A program made the translations under genes and the position numbers. Of a stretch of 51,082 nt of DNA, positions 43,457-50,869 are shown piece after piece (positions within the stretch are counted from its first letter, which is position 1; each line of letters starts with the position of its first letter). The DNA is taken from positions 1-51,082 of IMG/VR virus record IMGVR_UViG_3300045988_080243; one strand, given 5' to 3'. The notes under the pieces were generated by a model, which saw only the letters and a list, made by a program, of their open reading frames with translations, had not been told where the DNA came from and did no database searches. This DNA comes from a virus.

Positions 43457-43881
43457 CACGCACCGTCCACTTCAGTGAAGAAGTCAGCAAACGGGTTATC
43501 CCCAGGCTCCGAAAACTCCATGCCAATAGGCGCTTCCTCAGCATCGACAGGCCGTAGAACATCTTTCGGCTGCCGAACAGACTTGAAGATCAGCGTCCAG
43601 TCAATAGGCATGTAGTCCCCCAACAAGATCATGTCCTTTATGGTCAACGATCCATTAACCAGCTTATTGTAGTAATAGCGTGAAGAATCAGCGCCAAGCA
43701 GTTTTCCGTCATCTGCTGCTGACAGGCCCGCGTCAGTGAACTGATGTACCACAAGCTGTCGAACAGTGCCTACACGCTGCTTAACGCTATCCGGATGCTT
43801 CATTGAGGCACGAGCGGCACGAGCCTTAGCCATACGGGCGCGCGCTTCTTCGAGCTTAATAGGGTCTGTAACCTTAGTCAT
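43456..43881 (-). CDS. Hypothetical protein (141 aa), possible HTH
   Basis: ATG ORF overlapping the nrdH end by 8 nt. Confidence 0.55.
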   Translation of the reverse strand: MTKVTDPIKLEEARARMAKARAARASMKHPDSVKQRVGTVRQLVVHQFTDAGLSAADDGKLLGADSSRYYYNKLVNGSLTIKDMILLGDYMPIDWTLIFKSVRQPKDVLRPVDAEEAPIGMEFSEPGDNPFADFFTEVDGA

Positions 43882-44116
43882 TCTGTGTCTCCTTCTTCAA
43901 AAGGTCCGGTCGGAAGCCGGACCAGTGTTTCTTAATGCCTTTACCTTCATACACAACGACGACAGGTGCTTGCTGATAACCCAGTGCGCGGATAAACGCC
44001 AGCGCATCCGCATCTTCCGTTACGTCGATGCTATTGAAGGGCAGTCCAAGCGCCTTCAGCTTGCGGTACGTAGCCGTGCATTGAGGGCAGCGGGGCTTGG
44101 AGTAAACGTCAATCAT
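43874..44116 (-). CDS. nrdH: NrdH/glutaredoxin-like redoxin
   Basis: 80 aa with a CPQC active site near the N-terminus and a thioredoxin-fold pattern. Confidence 0.8.
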   Translation of the reverse strand: MIDVYSKPRCPQCTATYRKLKALGLPFNSIDVTEDADALAFIRALGYQQAPVVVVYEGKGIKKHWSGFRPDLLKKETQND

Positions 44117-44529
44117 TAGTTAACCTTTCCTGTTGATCCGAAACCACCCTTTCCGCGCTTCTTATCTGCTTTGATGGGTGGTTGTGAGTAGAGAGCCGAG
44201 GTGCCCTCTAGCCTGACAATAACAATCTGAGCGATACGCTCATGTTCTTCCAGCACGACAGGGGTGTCCTTGCTTGTGTTCCACAGAGCAACCATGACTT
44301 CACCTTCGTATCCGGCGTCGATGACGCCGACACCGTTGGCGAGGAGCAGTCCCTTCTTGCTCAAAGACGAGCGGGCAAAGACAAGGCCGACAGAGCCGTC
44401 GGGGATGTCATGCTTGTCTGGACAGTACCCTGTCGGTACGAAGACTGTCTCACCCGGGTAGATGACGACGGATGTCTTCGTAGAGAGGTCGAAACCAGCA
44501 TCATTATAGTGCTGTCGTTGTGGTCGCAT
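44116..44529 (-). CDS. dut: dUTP diphosphatase (trimeric dUTPase)
   Basis: Motifs AGFDL, GVIDAGYEGE, RIAQ and a C-terminal GGFGSTG. Confidence 0.9.
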   Translation of the reverse strand: MRPQRQHYNDAGFDLSTKTSVVIYPGETVFVPTGYCPDKHDIPDGSVGLVFARSSLSKKGLLLANGVGVIDAGYEGEVMVALWNTSKDTPVVLEEHERIAQIVIVRLEGTSALYSQPPIKADKKRGKGGFGSTGKVN

Positions 44530-44563
44530 TGGTTCTCCTTTGTGTTATTTATCGAGGCAAGAT

Positions 44564-44595
44564 AGAGGGCCAGCACTAACCAGCACTGGCCCTCT
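44564..44595 (-). terminator. Hairpin terminator downstream of the surface-protein gene
   Basis: AGAGGGCCAG/CTGGCCCTCT 10-bp stem, 9 nt after the stop at 44605. Confidence 0.6.
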
Positions 44596-44604
44596 ACTTA
44601 TGTG

Positions 44605-45846
44605 TCAGCGAGTCGTACCGTATCGGCCAACGAACCAGGCCACGGCCACAGTAGCTGCACCGAACAGCAGCGACAGAATACCGATCACAGCGGCCTCAGA
44701 GGCAGCACCAGTCTTGGCCAGCTTGGCCTTCGGGGCCTCAATCGTTGGCGCGGGCTTAGGCGTAGCCTTAGTCGGTGCAGGCGTAGCCTTAGTCGGCGCG
44801 GGGACAGGCTCGATCTTGCAGGGCACACGGTCCTTATCTCGGTCAGGGTGGATCGTGCAAGGTGTCTGGGTCGGCGTGGGCGTCGGCTCATCCGAAGGCG
44901 CAGGAGTCGGCTTAGAAGGCTCAGGGGCCGGTGCAGGAGTCGGGGTCGGCTTCACAGTCCCATCGCCGTCGGTGCCTCCATTAGCCTTAATCGTTGCAGT
45001 CGCTTCCAGCTTGAGGCCATTCACCTCAGCGTGGTTGGTAACCGAGGTCTGCCCTTCTGGGACCTTCATCTGCTCTGGTGGGTAAGTGATGCAGACCTTA
45101 GACCCTTCAGGAGCTGCGAACTTGACCGTGTTACTGTCGATTCGAGTAGCGTCAATAACCTTAGTCGTAGCGGGGTCCCATGTATCAGCCGTCGCACATC
45201 GCACGGACGTGCCGAGAGTGGTGTCGAAGTCCTTAACGGTGTACTCGACACCGGCGTTAGCAACCCACTTAATCGCCCAGCCGACAGTACCGTTGTCGTT
45301 CCCCCAGCCGAACTTCAGATTCTCAGGTCGAGCGTACTCATAGTGCGCGACAGAAGCACAGTCATTTGTGCAGACGCCGGTGCCTTCAGCATCGCCCCAG
45401 ATGAGCTTCTTGACGACCTCACCATTGAGTGTGATTGTACCCTCGTTAGTGCCAACAGCGGCGTCCTGAAGCCTGGCTCTCGCCCACCACGTACCACTGA
45501 CATTGGTCTTGTCCTTATAAGACTCAGGCACCTCAGTGACCTTGCAGGTCAGCGTCGCTTGATCGGCGCTGCACTCACCAACGACAGTGCCGTCATTGAG
45601 AGCGAATGGGAAACTAGCGTTCCACTTGAAGCCTCCGTCCTTGCTGGTGACCGTGAACGCCTGGCCGACAGCCAGTCGCTCGGTGGTCCAGGTCCCGGCC
45701 ACATTGACCTCGCTAGAGGTCTGTCGAGACGCGGACGTTGCCTTGGTGACCTCGGCCTTGATCTCAGGGGTGGTGTCGGCAGCGTAGGCCGCTGCCGGGG
45801 CAGTCATCAGTAGTGCGACACCGGCTGCCGCAAGAAACTTCTTCAT
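44605..45846 (-). CDS. Secreted, sortase-anchored (LAKTG) cell-surface protein with a Pro/Thr-rich stalk; adhesin-like
   Basis: ATG at 45846 with SD gaaagga. Signal peptide is MKKFLAAAGVALLMTAPAAAYA. An Ig-like beta-rich region is followed by PTPTPAPAPEP and APTKATP repeats. The C-terminus is LAKTG, a hydrophobic helix, and RYGTTR. Confidence 0.8.
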   Translation of the reverse strand: MKKFLAAAGVALLMTAPAAAYAADTTPEIKAEVTKATSASRQTSSEVNVAGTWTTERLAVGQAFTVTSKDGGFKWNASFPFALNDGTVVGECSADQATLTCKVTEVPESYKDKTNVSGTWWARARLQDAAVGTNEGTITLNGEVVKKLIWGDAEGTGVCTNDCASVAHYEYARPENLKFGWGNDNGTVGWAIKWVANAGVEYTVKDFDTTLGTSVRCATADTWDPATTKVIDATRIDSNTVKFAAPEGSKVCITYPPEQMKVPEGQTSVTNHAEVNGLKLEATATIKANGGTDGDGTVKPTPTPAPAPEPSKPTPAPSDEPTPTPTQTPCTIHPDRDKDRVPCKIEPVPAPTKATPAPTKATPKPAPTIEAPKAKLAKTGAASEAAVIGILSLLFGAATVAVAWFVGRYGTTR

Positions 45847-45940
45847 TGTGTTAATGGTCCTTTCGTAGTTATCCGGGCTGACAACATTTAGTGTATCTGA
45901 CAGACTGAACAACTTACAAGGTATAACAGCGTGACTCTAC

Positions 45941-46963
45941 TCACAGCATGATGAATACTAGGGCCACTTCTTCGCGCACCCAGTCATTCGGCCTAGGTGC
46001 AGGTGCAGGTGTCGGTTCAGGAGTGGGAGTCGGCGGCACCACGACAGGGGGCTGTGGTGTTGGGGGCACTACAACTGGCGGCTCAGGTTGGGGCTGTGGT
46101 GCAATGTATGCGTACTTACTAGCAAGGTCAACACCATCAGAGAGAACATCTACTGTCCCCGGCTCATCAAGGCTAATAACACGCACATAGTCAACAAGCA
46201 TAGAGGAGGGATATTGTTCCTTAAACTTCGTCGCATCAACGTACTTGTCGTGCCCTTCTTCTGTGCCACCAGAATCCAGGAATTGGCCTCCAATAATATA
46301 AGACAAACGAATGATCCAACCATTCTCAGGATTAGTAAAAGGTGTCGGATCGTCCATATCAGAGTACCTAACTGTGTGGAGGATCCGACCATCACAATAG
46401 AAGTGAATAAGCTCATTGAGCTTAACAACGCTATAAGTGTGGAAGAAATCTTTAATATTGATTTTCCCTGCGGAACCAGACTTCTTAAAAGTTTTCGCAA
46501 ACTGCTGGCTCTTAGTGCCAGTAGCGTCACCGGCGCGCGGAGTGTGAGTGTTCATCTGGTAATCGTCGGACTGCCAGCCTTTAGCTTCAATGACATCAAT
46601 CTCGCCACAAGCAGGCCAGTCACCTTTAGTGCCAGTCATCCAGATACCAGGCCAGGATGAGAAAGCATAGGGCATCTGCGCACGCACGGACAGAATAAAC
46701 TGTCCCTTAGCCTGGAAAAGAACCTCGCCCTTATCTGGCTTGCGCGTACTCACCATACCCGACAAGAATGGTGCCTTCTCAGCATCAGTGCCCTCGGCAA
46801 CAGTCCCTGTCAGTTTAAGGTTCCCTCTCGCAACAGAGATATTTTTGTCCGAAAAACGCATCTGAGTGCCCTTATTGGGATCGAACTTACCCCAGGTGGG
46901 TGACCACATAGATGTATTAAGTGAGTCCCCAGTGAAATCATCGAAGAAAATCTGCTTAGCCAT
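45941..46963 (-). CDS. Glycoside hydrolase family 16-like (beta-glucanase fold) with a Pro-rich C-terminal tail
   Basis: Catalytic signature GEIDVIE (E-x-D-x-x-E) and WPGIWMTG. There is no signal peptide and no SD. The C-terminus is PPVVVPPTPQPPVVVPPTPTPEPTPAPAP. Confidence 0.75.
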   Translation of the reverse strand: MAKQIFFDDFTGDSLNTSMWSPTWGKFDPNKGTQMRFSDKNISVARGNLKLTGTVAEGTDAEKAPFLSGMVSTRKPDKGEVLFQAKGQFILSVRAQMPYAFSSWPGIWMTGTKGDWPACGEIDVIEAKGWQSDDYQMNTHTPRAGDATGTKSQQFAKTFKKSGSAGKINIKDFFHTYSVVKLNELIHFYCDGRILHTVRYSDMDDPTPFTNPENGWIIRLSYIIGGQFLDSGGTEEGHDKYVDATKFKEQYPSSMLVDYVRVISLDEPGTVDVLSDGVDLASKYAYIAPQPQPEPPVVVPPTPQPPVVVPPTPTPEPTPAPAPRPNDWVREEVALVFIML

Positions 46964-46976
46964 AGGTGTATAGTAT

Positions 46977-47011
46977 CATCCCCCTACCGATGGTTAGTCG
47001 ATAGGGGGATG
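46977..47011 (-). terminator. Hairpin CATCCCCCTA/TAGGGGGATG upstream of the GH16 gene
   Basis: 10-bp perfect stem with a 15-nt loop; followed on the minus strand by TACTAT-N6-ATG. Confidence 0.5.
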
Positions 47012-47103
47012 AGTCCTCACGTATTTTGAACCCACGTGCAAGGCCGGTACCCGAAAGGACGAACCCTTCAGTTACCTATTCCTGAGATCAGAGGCGCGCT
47101 GTC

Positions 47104-47319
47104 TCAGGCCGTCTTATTAATCAGCGCCCACGAGAGGGCTTTGTTGAGTTCTTCATCGCTGCTCTGGTAGCTTGCGCTCCAGAGGATGGCATCGAGGGCA
47201 GTGTGCCAAGGGTCAGTTTCATCCTCATCTAGGCCACGCAGTCGCGCCTCCTGCGCAAGCTCATCCAGCTCCTTGAACTCTGCGTCGTGCAGCCAGTAAG
47301 TGAACAGAGGCACATTCAC
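47104..47319 (-). CDS. Hypothetical protein (71 aa)
   Basis: GTG ORF downstream of the tRNA. Confidence 0.5.
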   Translation of the reverse strand: MNVPLFTYWLHDAEFKELDELAQEARLRGLDEDETDPWHTALDAILWSASYQSSDEELNKALSWALINKTA

Positions 47320-47367
47320 GTCGTACTTGACGTTGTGGTGTCCCCAATCAGACTCCCAGCCGCTTGG

Positions 47368-47453
47368 TGGTCCCCTTGGTGAGAGTCGAACTCACACTCC
47401 TTACTGGAACCCGGGTTTGAGCCGAGTGCGTCTGCCTGTTCCGCCACAAGGGG
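47368..47453 (-). tRNA. tRNA-Leu: tRNA-Leu (anticodon CAA), 86 nt with encoded CCA
   Basis: Perfect 7-bp acceptor stem CCCCTTG/CAAGGGG and the D region GTGGCGGAACAGGCAGACGC typical of tRNA-Leu. The anticodon stem is CTCGG/CCGGG with loop CTCAAAC. It has a long variable arm and T-arm GTGAG-TTCGACT-CTCAC. Confidence 0.9.
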
Positions 47454-47522
47454 TAGTGCCTCCCAATGTTCACCGTCCCTTGCTTGCAGGGTATTGAGAG
47501 GCTATTCAGTTGTGATGTGCTT

Positions 47523-47552
47523 AGTATATGTCCGCTCTTTCTGAGCCGTCAA
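47523..47552 (-). promoter_or_regulatory. Promoter TTGACG-N18-TATACT upstream of tRNA-Leu
   Basis: -35 at 47552-47547 and -10 at 47528-47523 on the minus strand. Confidence 0.5.
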
Positions 47553-47573
47553 CCCTATACCGCGTGATGCGTG

Positions 47574-47915
47574 TCACTCTTCATAGTTGAGAAGTGTTGC
47601 TACTTGATCCCGATCACGCAAAAGCATATGGATGATATCAGCGTCATGAAATAGTGCCAAGCCAGTAACACTTGGTGTAGCACGAACCCAGTACTCCCTA
47701 TGGACCTTTAGGTATGCACCGCGCTCATGCATAACAATGATGCTTCCACACCTTGCAACAAAGCAAAAGTCCCGGCATGAACCTATAGAAACAGGGGCAC
47801 CCAGCCCATTATGATCGACACACCAGACGTTGAGATCATCAATCGGAATGTCACGCAGCTTGCTGAGCTTTCCTTGTGTCTCTGCCCAGAGTTCACAAAA
47901 CCCGTTGTCGCTCAT
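47574..47915 (-). CDS. Hypothetical protein (113 aa), paralog of 47912-48142
   Basis: Shared core C[RQ]DF....G.[IM]I[VI]...G.[YW]LK[VI]....W between the two products. Confidence 0.6.
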   Translation of the reverse strand: MSDNGFCELWAETQGKLSKLRDIPIDDLNVWCVDHNGLGAPVSIGSCRDFCFVARCGSIIVMHERGAYLKVHREYWVRATPSVTGLALFHDADIIHMLLRDRDQVATLLNYEE

Positions 47916-48142
47916 GACTGCTCCCCAGGATCAATAATCACAGCGACATGCCCGTACTCGTCACTCTCAGTAGTGATGAACTTCAGAATGTCAAGATCGT
48001 GGACCACACTATCCTCGCCTGTAGCGGGTTCAGTCCAGTTCTGATCGTTGATCTTCAGCCAGACCCCATGATCCTTAGTGATGATCATACAGCCCTTCGT
48101 GGTGATAGCAGCAAAATCTTGGCAGTCCAAGACTGTAGCCAC
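47912..48142 (-). CDS. Hypothetical protein (76 aa), paralog of 47574-47915
   Basis: GTG start; ATGA overlap with the downstream paralog. Confidence 0.55.
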   Translation of the reverse strand: MATVLDCQDFAAITTKGCMIITKDHGVWLKINDQNWTEPATGEDSVVHDLDILKFITTESDEYGHVAVIIDPGEQS

Positions 48143-48261
48143 TTCCCGTTTACCGAAACCTGTAACGTATCACACACTAAGACCACGGATATCCCAAGTG
48201 TGCATCTTGACGTGGTTCTCTCACGTCTGGTTATAAAACTCGATGAACCCCTTGTTGTCGC

Positions 48262-48543
48262 TCATTCTTTCTCTCCTTCCATTTCAAGAATGACTGCTTG
48301 CTTATTGCTGTTGTTGATAAGATACGCAAGCTCGTAGCTGTACAGGCCAATCAGCACAACACTGTCGAACACGCGCCAGAGCTTGTTGCCCTTCTTAAAT
48401 GTAATGCCATTCCACTTCAGCTTGTGCACCGTATCAAGGTCTACATTGCCAAGGCCAGGAACGTCAACGACAGGTAGGTCATCCGACTGCGCATTGTCGC
48501 AAGCTTCGTAAAGCAGATCATAGATTTCGCTCACGCTTAGCAT
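48262..48543 (-). CDS. Hypothetical protein (93 aa)
   Basis: ATG ORF with SD ggaggga. Confidence 0.6.
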   Translation of the reverse strand: MLSVSEIYDLLYEACDNAQSDDLPVVDVPGLGNVDLDTVHKLKWNGITFKKGNKLWRVFDSVVLIGLYSYELAYLINNSNKQAVILEMEGEKE

Positions 48544-48680
48544 TAGTCTCCCTCCAATGAAAGTAGTGCTTCAGCATAGCCAGCTACCTTAAACCAGCTC
48601 ATGTTAGATGGGTTGCTTTCATACTCGCTAGACGCAATGTCAAAAATCTCTTGTAGCAGAGAATGTCCAAATGTTGCCAT
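48543..48680 (-). CDS. Small hypothetical protein (45 aa)
   Basis: ATG after the strong SD aaaggagaaac; TAATG overlap with the next gene. Below the ORF-track cutoff. Confidence 0.5.
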   Translation of the reverse strand: MATFGHSLLQEIFDIASSEYESNPSNMSWFKVAGYAEALLSLEGD

Positions 48681-48711
48681 TGTTTCTCCTTTCTTCGTGG
48701 CTGATGTATTT

Positions 48712-48741
48712 ATACTAATGCTCTCTACCGTCGCCTATCAA
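48712..48741 (-). promoter_or_regulatory. Internal promoter TTGATA-N18-TAGTAT
   Basis: -35 at 48741-48736 and -10 at 48717-48712 on the minus strand. Confidence 0.45.
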
Positions 48742-48785
48742 CAACTACCCGCGTGACGTGTACCACATCATTGTGAGGGCAAAAT

Positions 48786-48819
48786 AAGACCCCCGCATGT
48801 GGCGTCATGCAGGGGTCTT
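48786..48819 (-). terminator. Intrinsic terminator inside the leftward early arm
   Basis: 14-bp stem (one mismatch), AAGACCCC(C/T)GCATG, followed by ATTTTG on the minus strand. Confidence 0.65.
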
Positions 48820-48874
48820 ATCAGATGAACAATCAATACCCAGTGTACCGCGCCAACAAGAGATTGTGCAGCCA

Positions 48875-49050
48875 CTAGGGCTTGTTCATCCAGTCATAGA
48901 TGATAGCCTCTGCGACATCCTGTGGACAGTCATAGTCATTCGAGTAATCAGGATACAGCTCATCTCCACTGCCAAACCATAGACCTCGCGCAACCATTCT
49001 TCAGTGACGATGAACTGACCATCGCCAATGTACTTGATGCCTTCCATCAT
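48875..49050 (-). pseudogene. Frame-disrupted tandem paralog of 49047-49304
   Basis: The N-terminal homology (MEGIKYIGDGQFIVTEEWLREV) is in one frame. The C-terminal homology (LWFGSGDELYPDY..DVAEAII) is in the -1 frame. Confidence 0.5.
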
Positions 49051-49304
49051 ACAAGCACACTCCAATCTCTGTCGTCATCCTCAATAAGCTCAGACACGAC
49101 AGCGGCAGCAACTTCATGTGGTGTATCACCATAACCAGGGTAAACCTCTGGGATTCGCTCACACCACAAATAGTGATACCCCTGGCCATAGAACTCCACG
49201 AAAAGCTCATTCGTCATAAGCTCTTGAAGTCTCTCCTTGGTGACAACAAACTCGTCATCACCAATGTACTCTATCCCATCAATTAGGCCCCCAGCTCGAA
49301 TCAT
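49047..49304 (-). CDS. Hypothetical acidic protein (85 aa)
   Basis: ATG at 49304 with an ATGA overlap; ATG at 49319 is an alternative. Confidence 0.6.
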   Translation of the reverse strand: MIRAGGLIDGIEYIGDDEFVVTKERLQELMTNELFVEFYGQGYHYLWCERIPEVYPGYGDTPHEVAAAVVSELIEDDDRDWSVLV

Positions 49305-49519
49305 GGCAGCACCTTCCATCCTTCACCGTCTCCGATGTCTTTCAACATCTCAGCGTCAGAGTGAGCATGGTTAGTCCACAAGTCCATCGCATGAACCCAG
49401 TAGTACTCCATGTCCTCACCGATAGACTTCAGATAACGAATGTCATCAGGGTCGATCAGGATGGTTCCAGGTGCAAGCCTGTGGAACGGAAGCTGAAGAT
49501 CATTGAAATTGATAATCAT
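49301..49519 (-). CDS. Hypothetical protein (72 aa), paralog of 49519-49731
   Basis: ATG at 49519 (TAATG overlap). MIINFNDLQLPFHRLAPGTIL aligns with MNVFKIDGLPLTFCRLPLGTIL. Confidence 0.6.
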   Translation of the reverse strand: MIINFNDLQLPFHRLAPGTILIDPDDIRYLKSIGEDMEYYWVHAMDLWTNHAHSDAEMLKDIGDGEGWKVLP

Positions 49520-49731
49520 TACACAATCACGCTCCATGCATCTTGATCAATGGAATCCAGAATCTCTTTATCCGTCTGATATGCGTCATCAACATTAAAG
49601 GTATTCATCCACATTGGAGCACCCTCAAAGTAGATTTTGACCCAACGTTCACCGTTTTCATGCTCCAGTATGGTTCCAAGCGGAAGCCTGCAAAATGTTA
49701 ATGGAAGCCCATCAATCTTAAAAACGTTCAT
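49519..49731 (-). CDS. Hypothetical protein (70 aa), paralog of 49301-49519
   Basis: ATG ORF with an ATGA overlap. Confidence 0.6.
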   Translation of the reverse strand: MNVFKIDGLPLTFCRLPLGTILEHENGERWVKIYFEGAPMWMNTFNVDDAYQTDKEILDSIDQDAWSVIV

Positions 49732-49946
49732 TCTCGGTTCTCCTTTGCCTCGACAAGGCGGTACTTAGCGACCGCGTAGTCGTCCTTCTCTTCTCTGGCG
49801 AACTGACCAATACGGCCAATTCCACCCCAACCCATCTTCTCAGACAGGTAAGCATGAACGATCTTGTACTTTCTGCCACCGCCTGTCTTGATGCTGCCAG
49901 TCTTCTTGTTGAAAATCACGTAGATTTCCTCAGCAGGATTAGTCAT
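49728..49946 (-). CDS. Hypothetical protein (72 aa)
   Basis: ATG ORF with an ATGA overlap. Confidence 0.6.
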   Translation of the reverse strand: MTNPAEEIYVIFNKKTGSIKTGGGRKYKIVHAYLSEKMGWGGIGRIGQFAREEKDDYAVAKYRLVEAKENRE

Positions 49947-50347
49947 CAGTTCTCATCTCCACTCGTTTGCATGTTGATATCAGGAAGGATCGTCTCAGGC
50001 CTGAAGGCAACCTTGTAGTGGAACGTATCAACAGACGAGGCGTCCATCTGCTCCACGAAGTAGGTCACGTTATCGGAGATTCCCAAGTAGTGCTTCTTGA
50101 ACTCACCCTCACCCGTCTTGCAGGTGACTTCGAGCTGCAGGTCTTCCTTATCCTTTGTGATCGAGCACAAGCCTTCGATGCTCAGAAGGTACTTATCCGT
50201 GATGCCATTTACAAATACGACACGGCGCATCACCTTGAAGTTGTCACTGTCGTAGCTGATGTTGCGTGAAGCAGTATCAGCCGCACTACAAGCACCAAGC
50301 GACAGGGCCACAGCAACCATAGCGACACAGCCAAAAATCTTCTTCAT
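49946..50347 (-). CDS. Lipoprotein (133 aa)
   Basis: Signal peptide with lipobox MKKIFGCVAMVAVALSLGAC; SD ggaggag. Confidence 0.7.
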   Translation of the reverse strand: MKKIFGCVAMVAVALSLGACSAADTASRNISYDSDNFKVMRRVVFVNGITDKYLLSIEGLCSITKDKEDLQLEVTCKTGEGEFKKHYLGISDNVTYFVEQMDASSVDTFHYKVAFRPETILPDINMQTSGDEN

Positions 50348-50850
50348 TCCTTGTTCTCCTCCTTCTTCGTAAATAGGTTCATAAGGTTATGGTCGTCTTG
50401 ATATTTCTTCAAGAACAGATTGTTAGCGACAGCCAGCAGGCCCATAGGCTTAAGGTCATTCTCCATATCAAGGAAGAGGTCACCATACTTAACGAAACGA
50501 CCATCCAGCAGTGTGTCACCGTTCTTAACGTTCAGCGCCTCTTCGAGCGCCTGGTTCTGCTGCTTAGCAACATCACTCGACACCGGCTCATGGAAGCTGA
50601 CTGACATCGCCTCCTTCTCCAAGAGGTTATTGCCCTGGATGGTTTCAATGAAGTCCGCCGCGCCCTCACAGGCGAAAGCGTCATCAGCCGGGATAAACCA
50701 ACTGTCATATGTCTTCACGAAGCTGAAAGTGCCTGCCTTGAAAAACTCAAGATCGACAATCCAACCAGCAGGAAGCTCATCCAGAGCAGCCTCAAGGACT
50801 TCCGTGTTGTGAACCAGATCAATGTGATCTGTATCGACCGTAACCAGCAT
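50344..50850 (-). CDS. Hypothetical protein (168 aa)
   Basis: ATG ORF with an ATGA overlap with the lipoprotein gene. Confidence 0.65.
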   Translation of the reverse strand: MLVTVDTDHIDLVHNTEVLEAALDELPAGWIVDLEFFKAGTFSFVKTYDSWFIPADDAFACEGAADFIETIQGNNLLEKEAMSVSFHEPVSSDVAKQQNQALEEALNVKNGDTLLDGRFVKYGDLFLDMENDLKPMGLLAVANNLFLKKYQDDHNLMNLFTKKEENKE

Positions 50851-50869
50851 TACTTATTCTCCTTATCCT

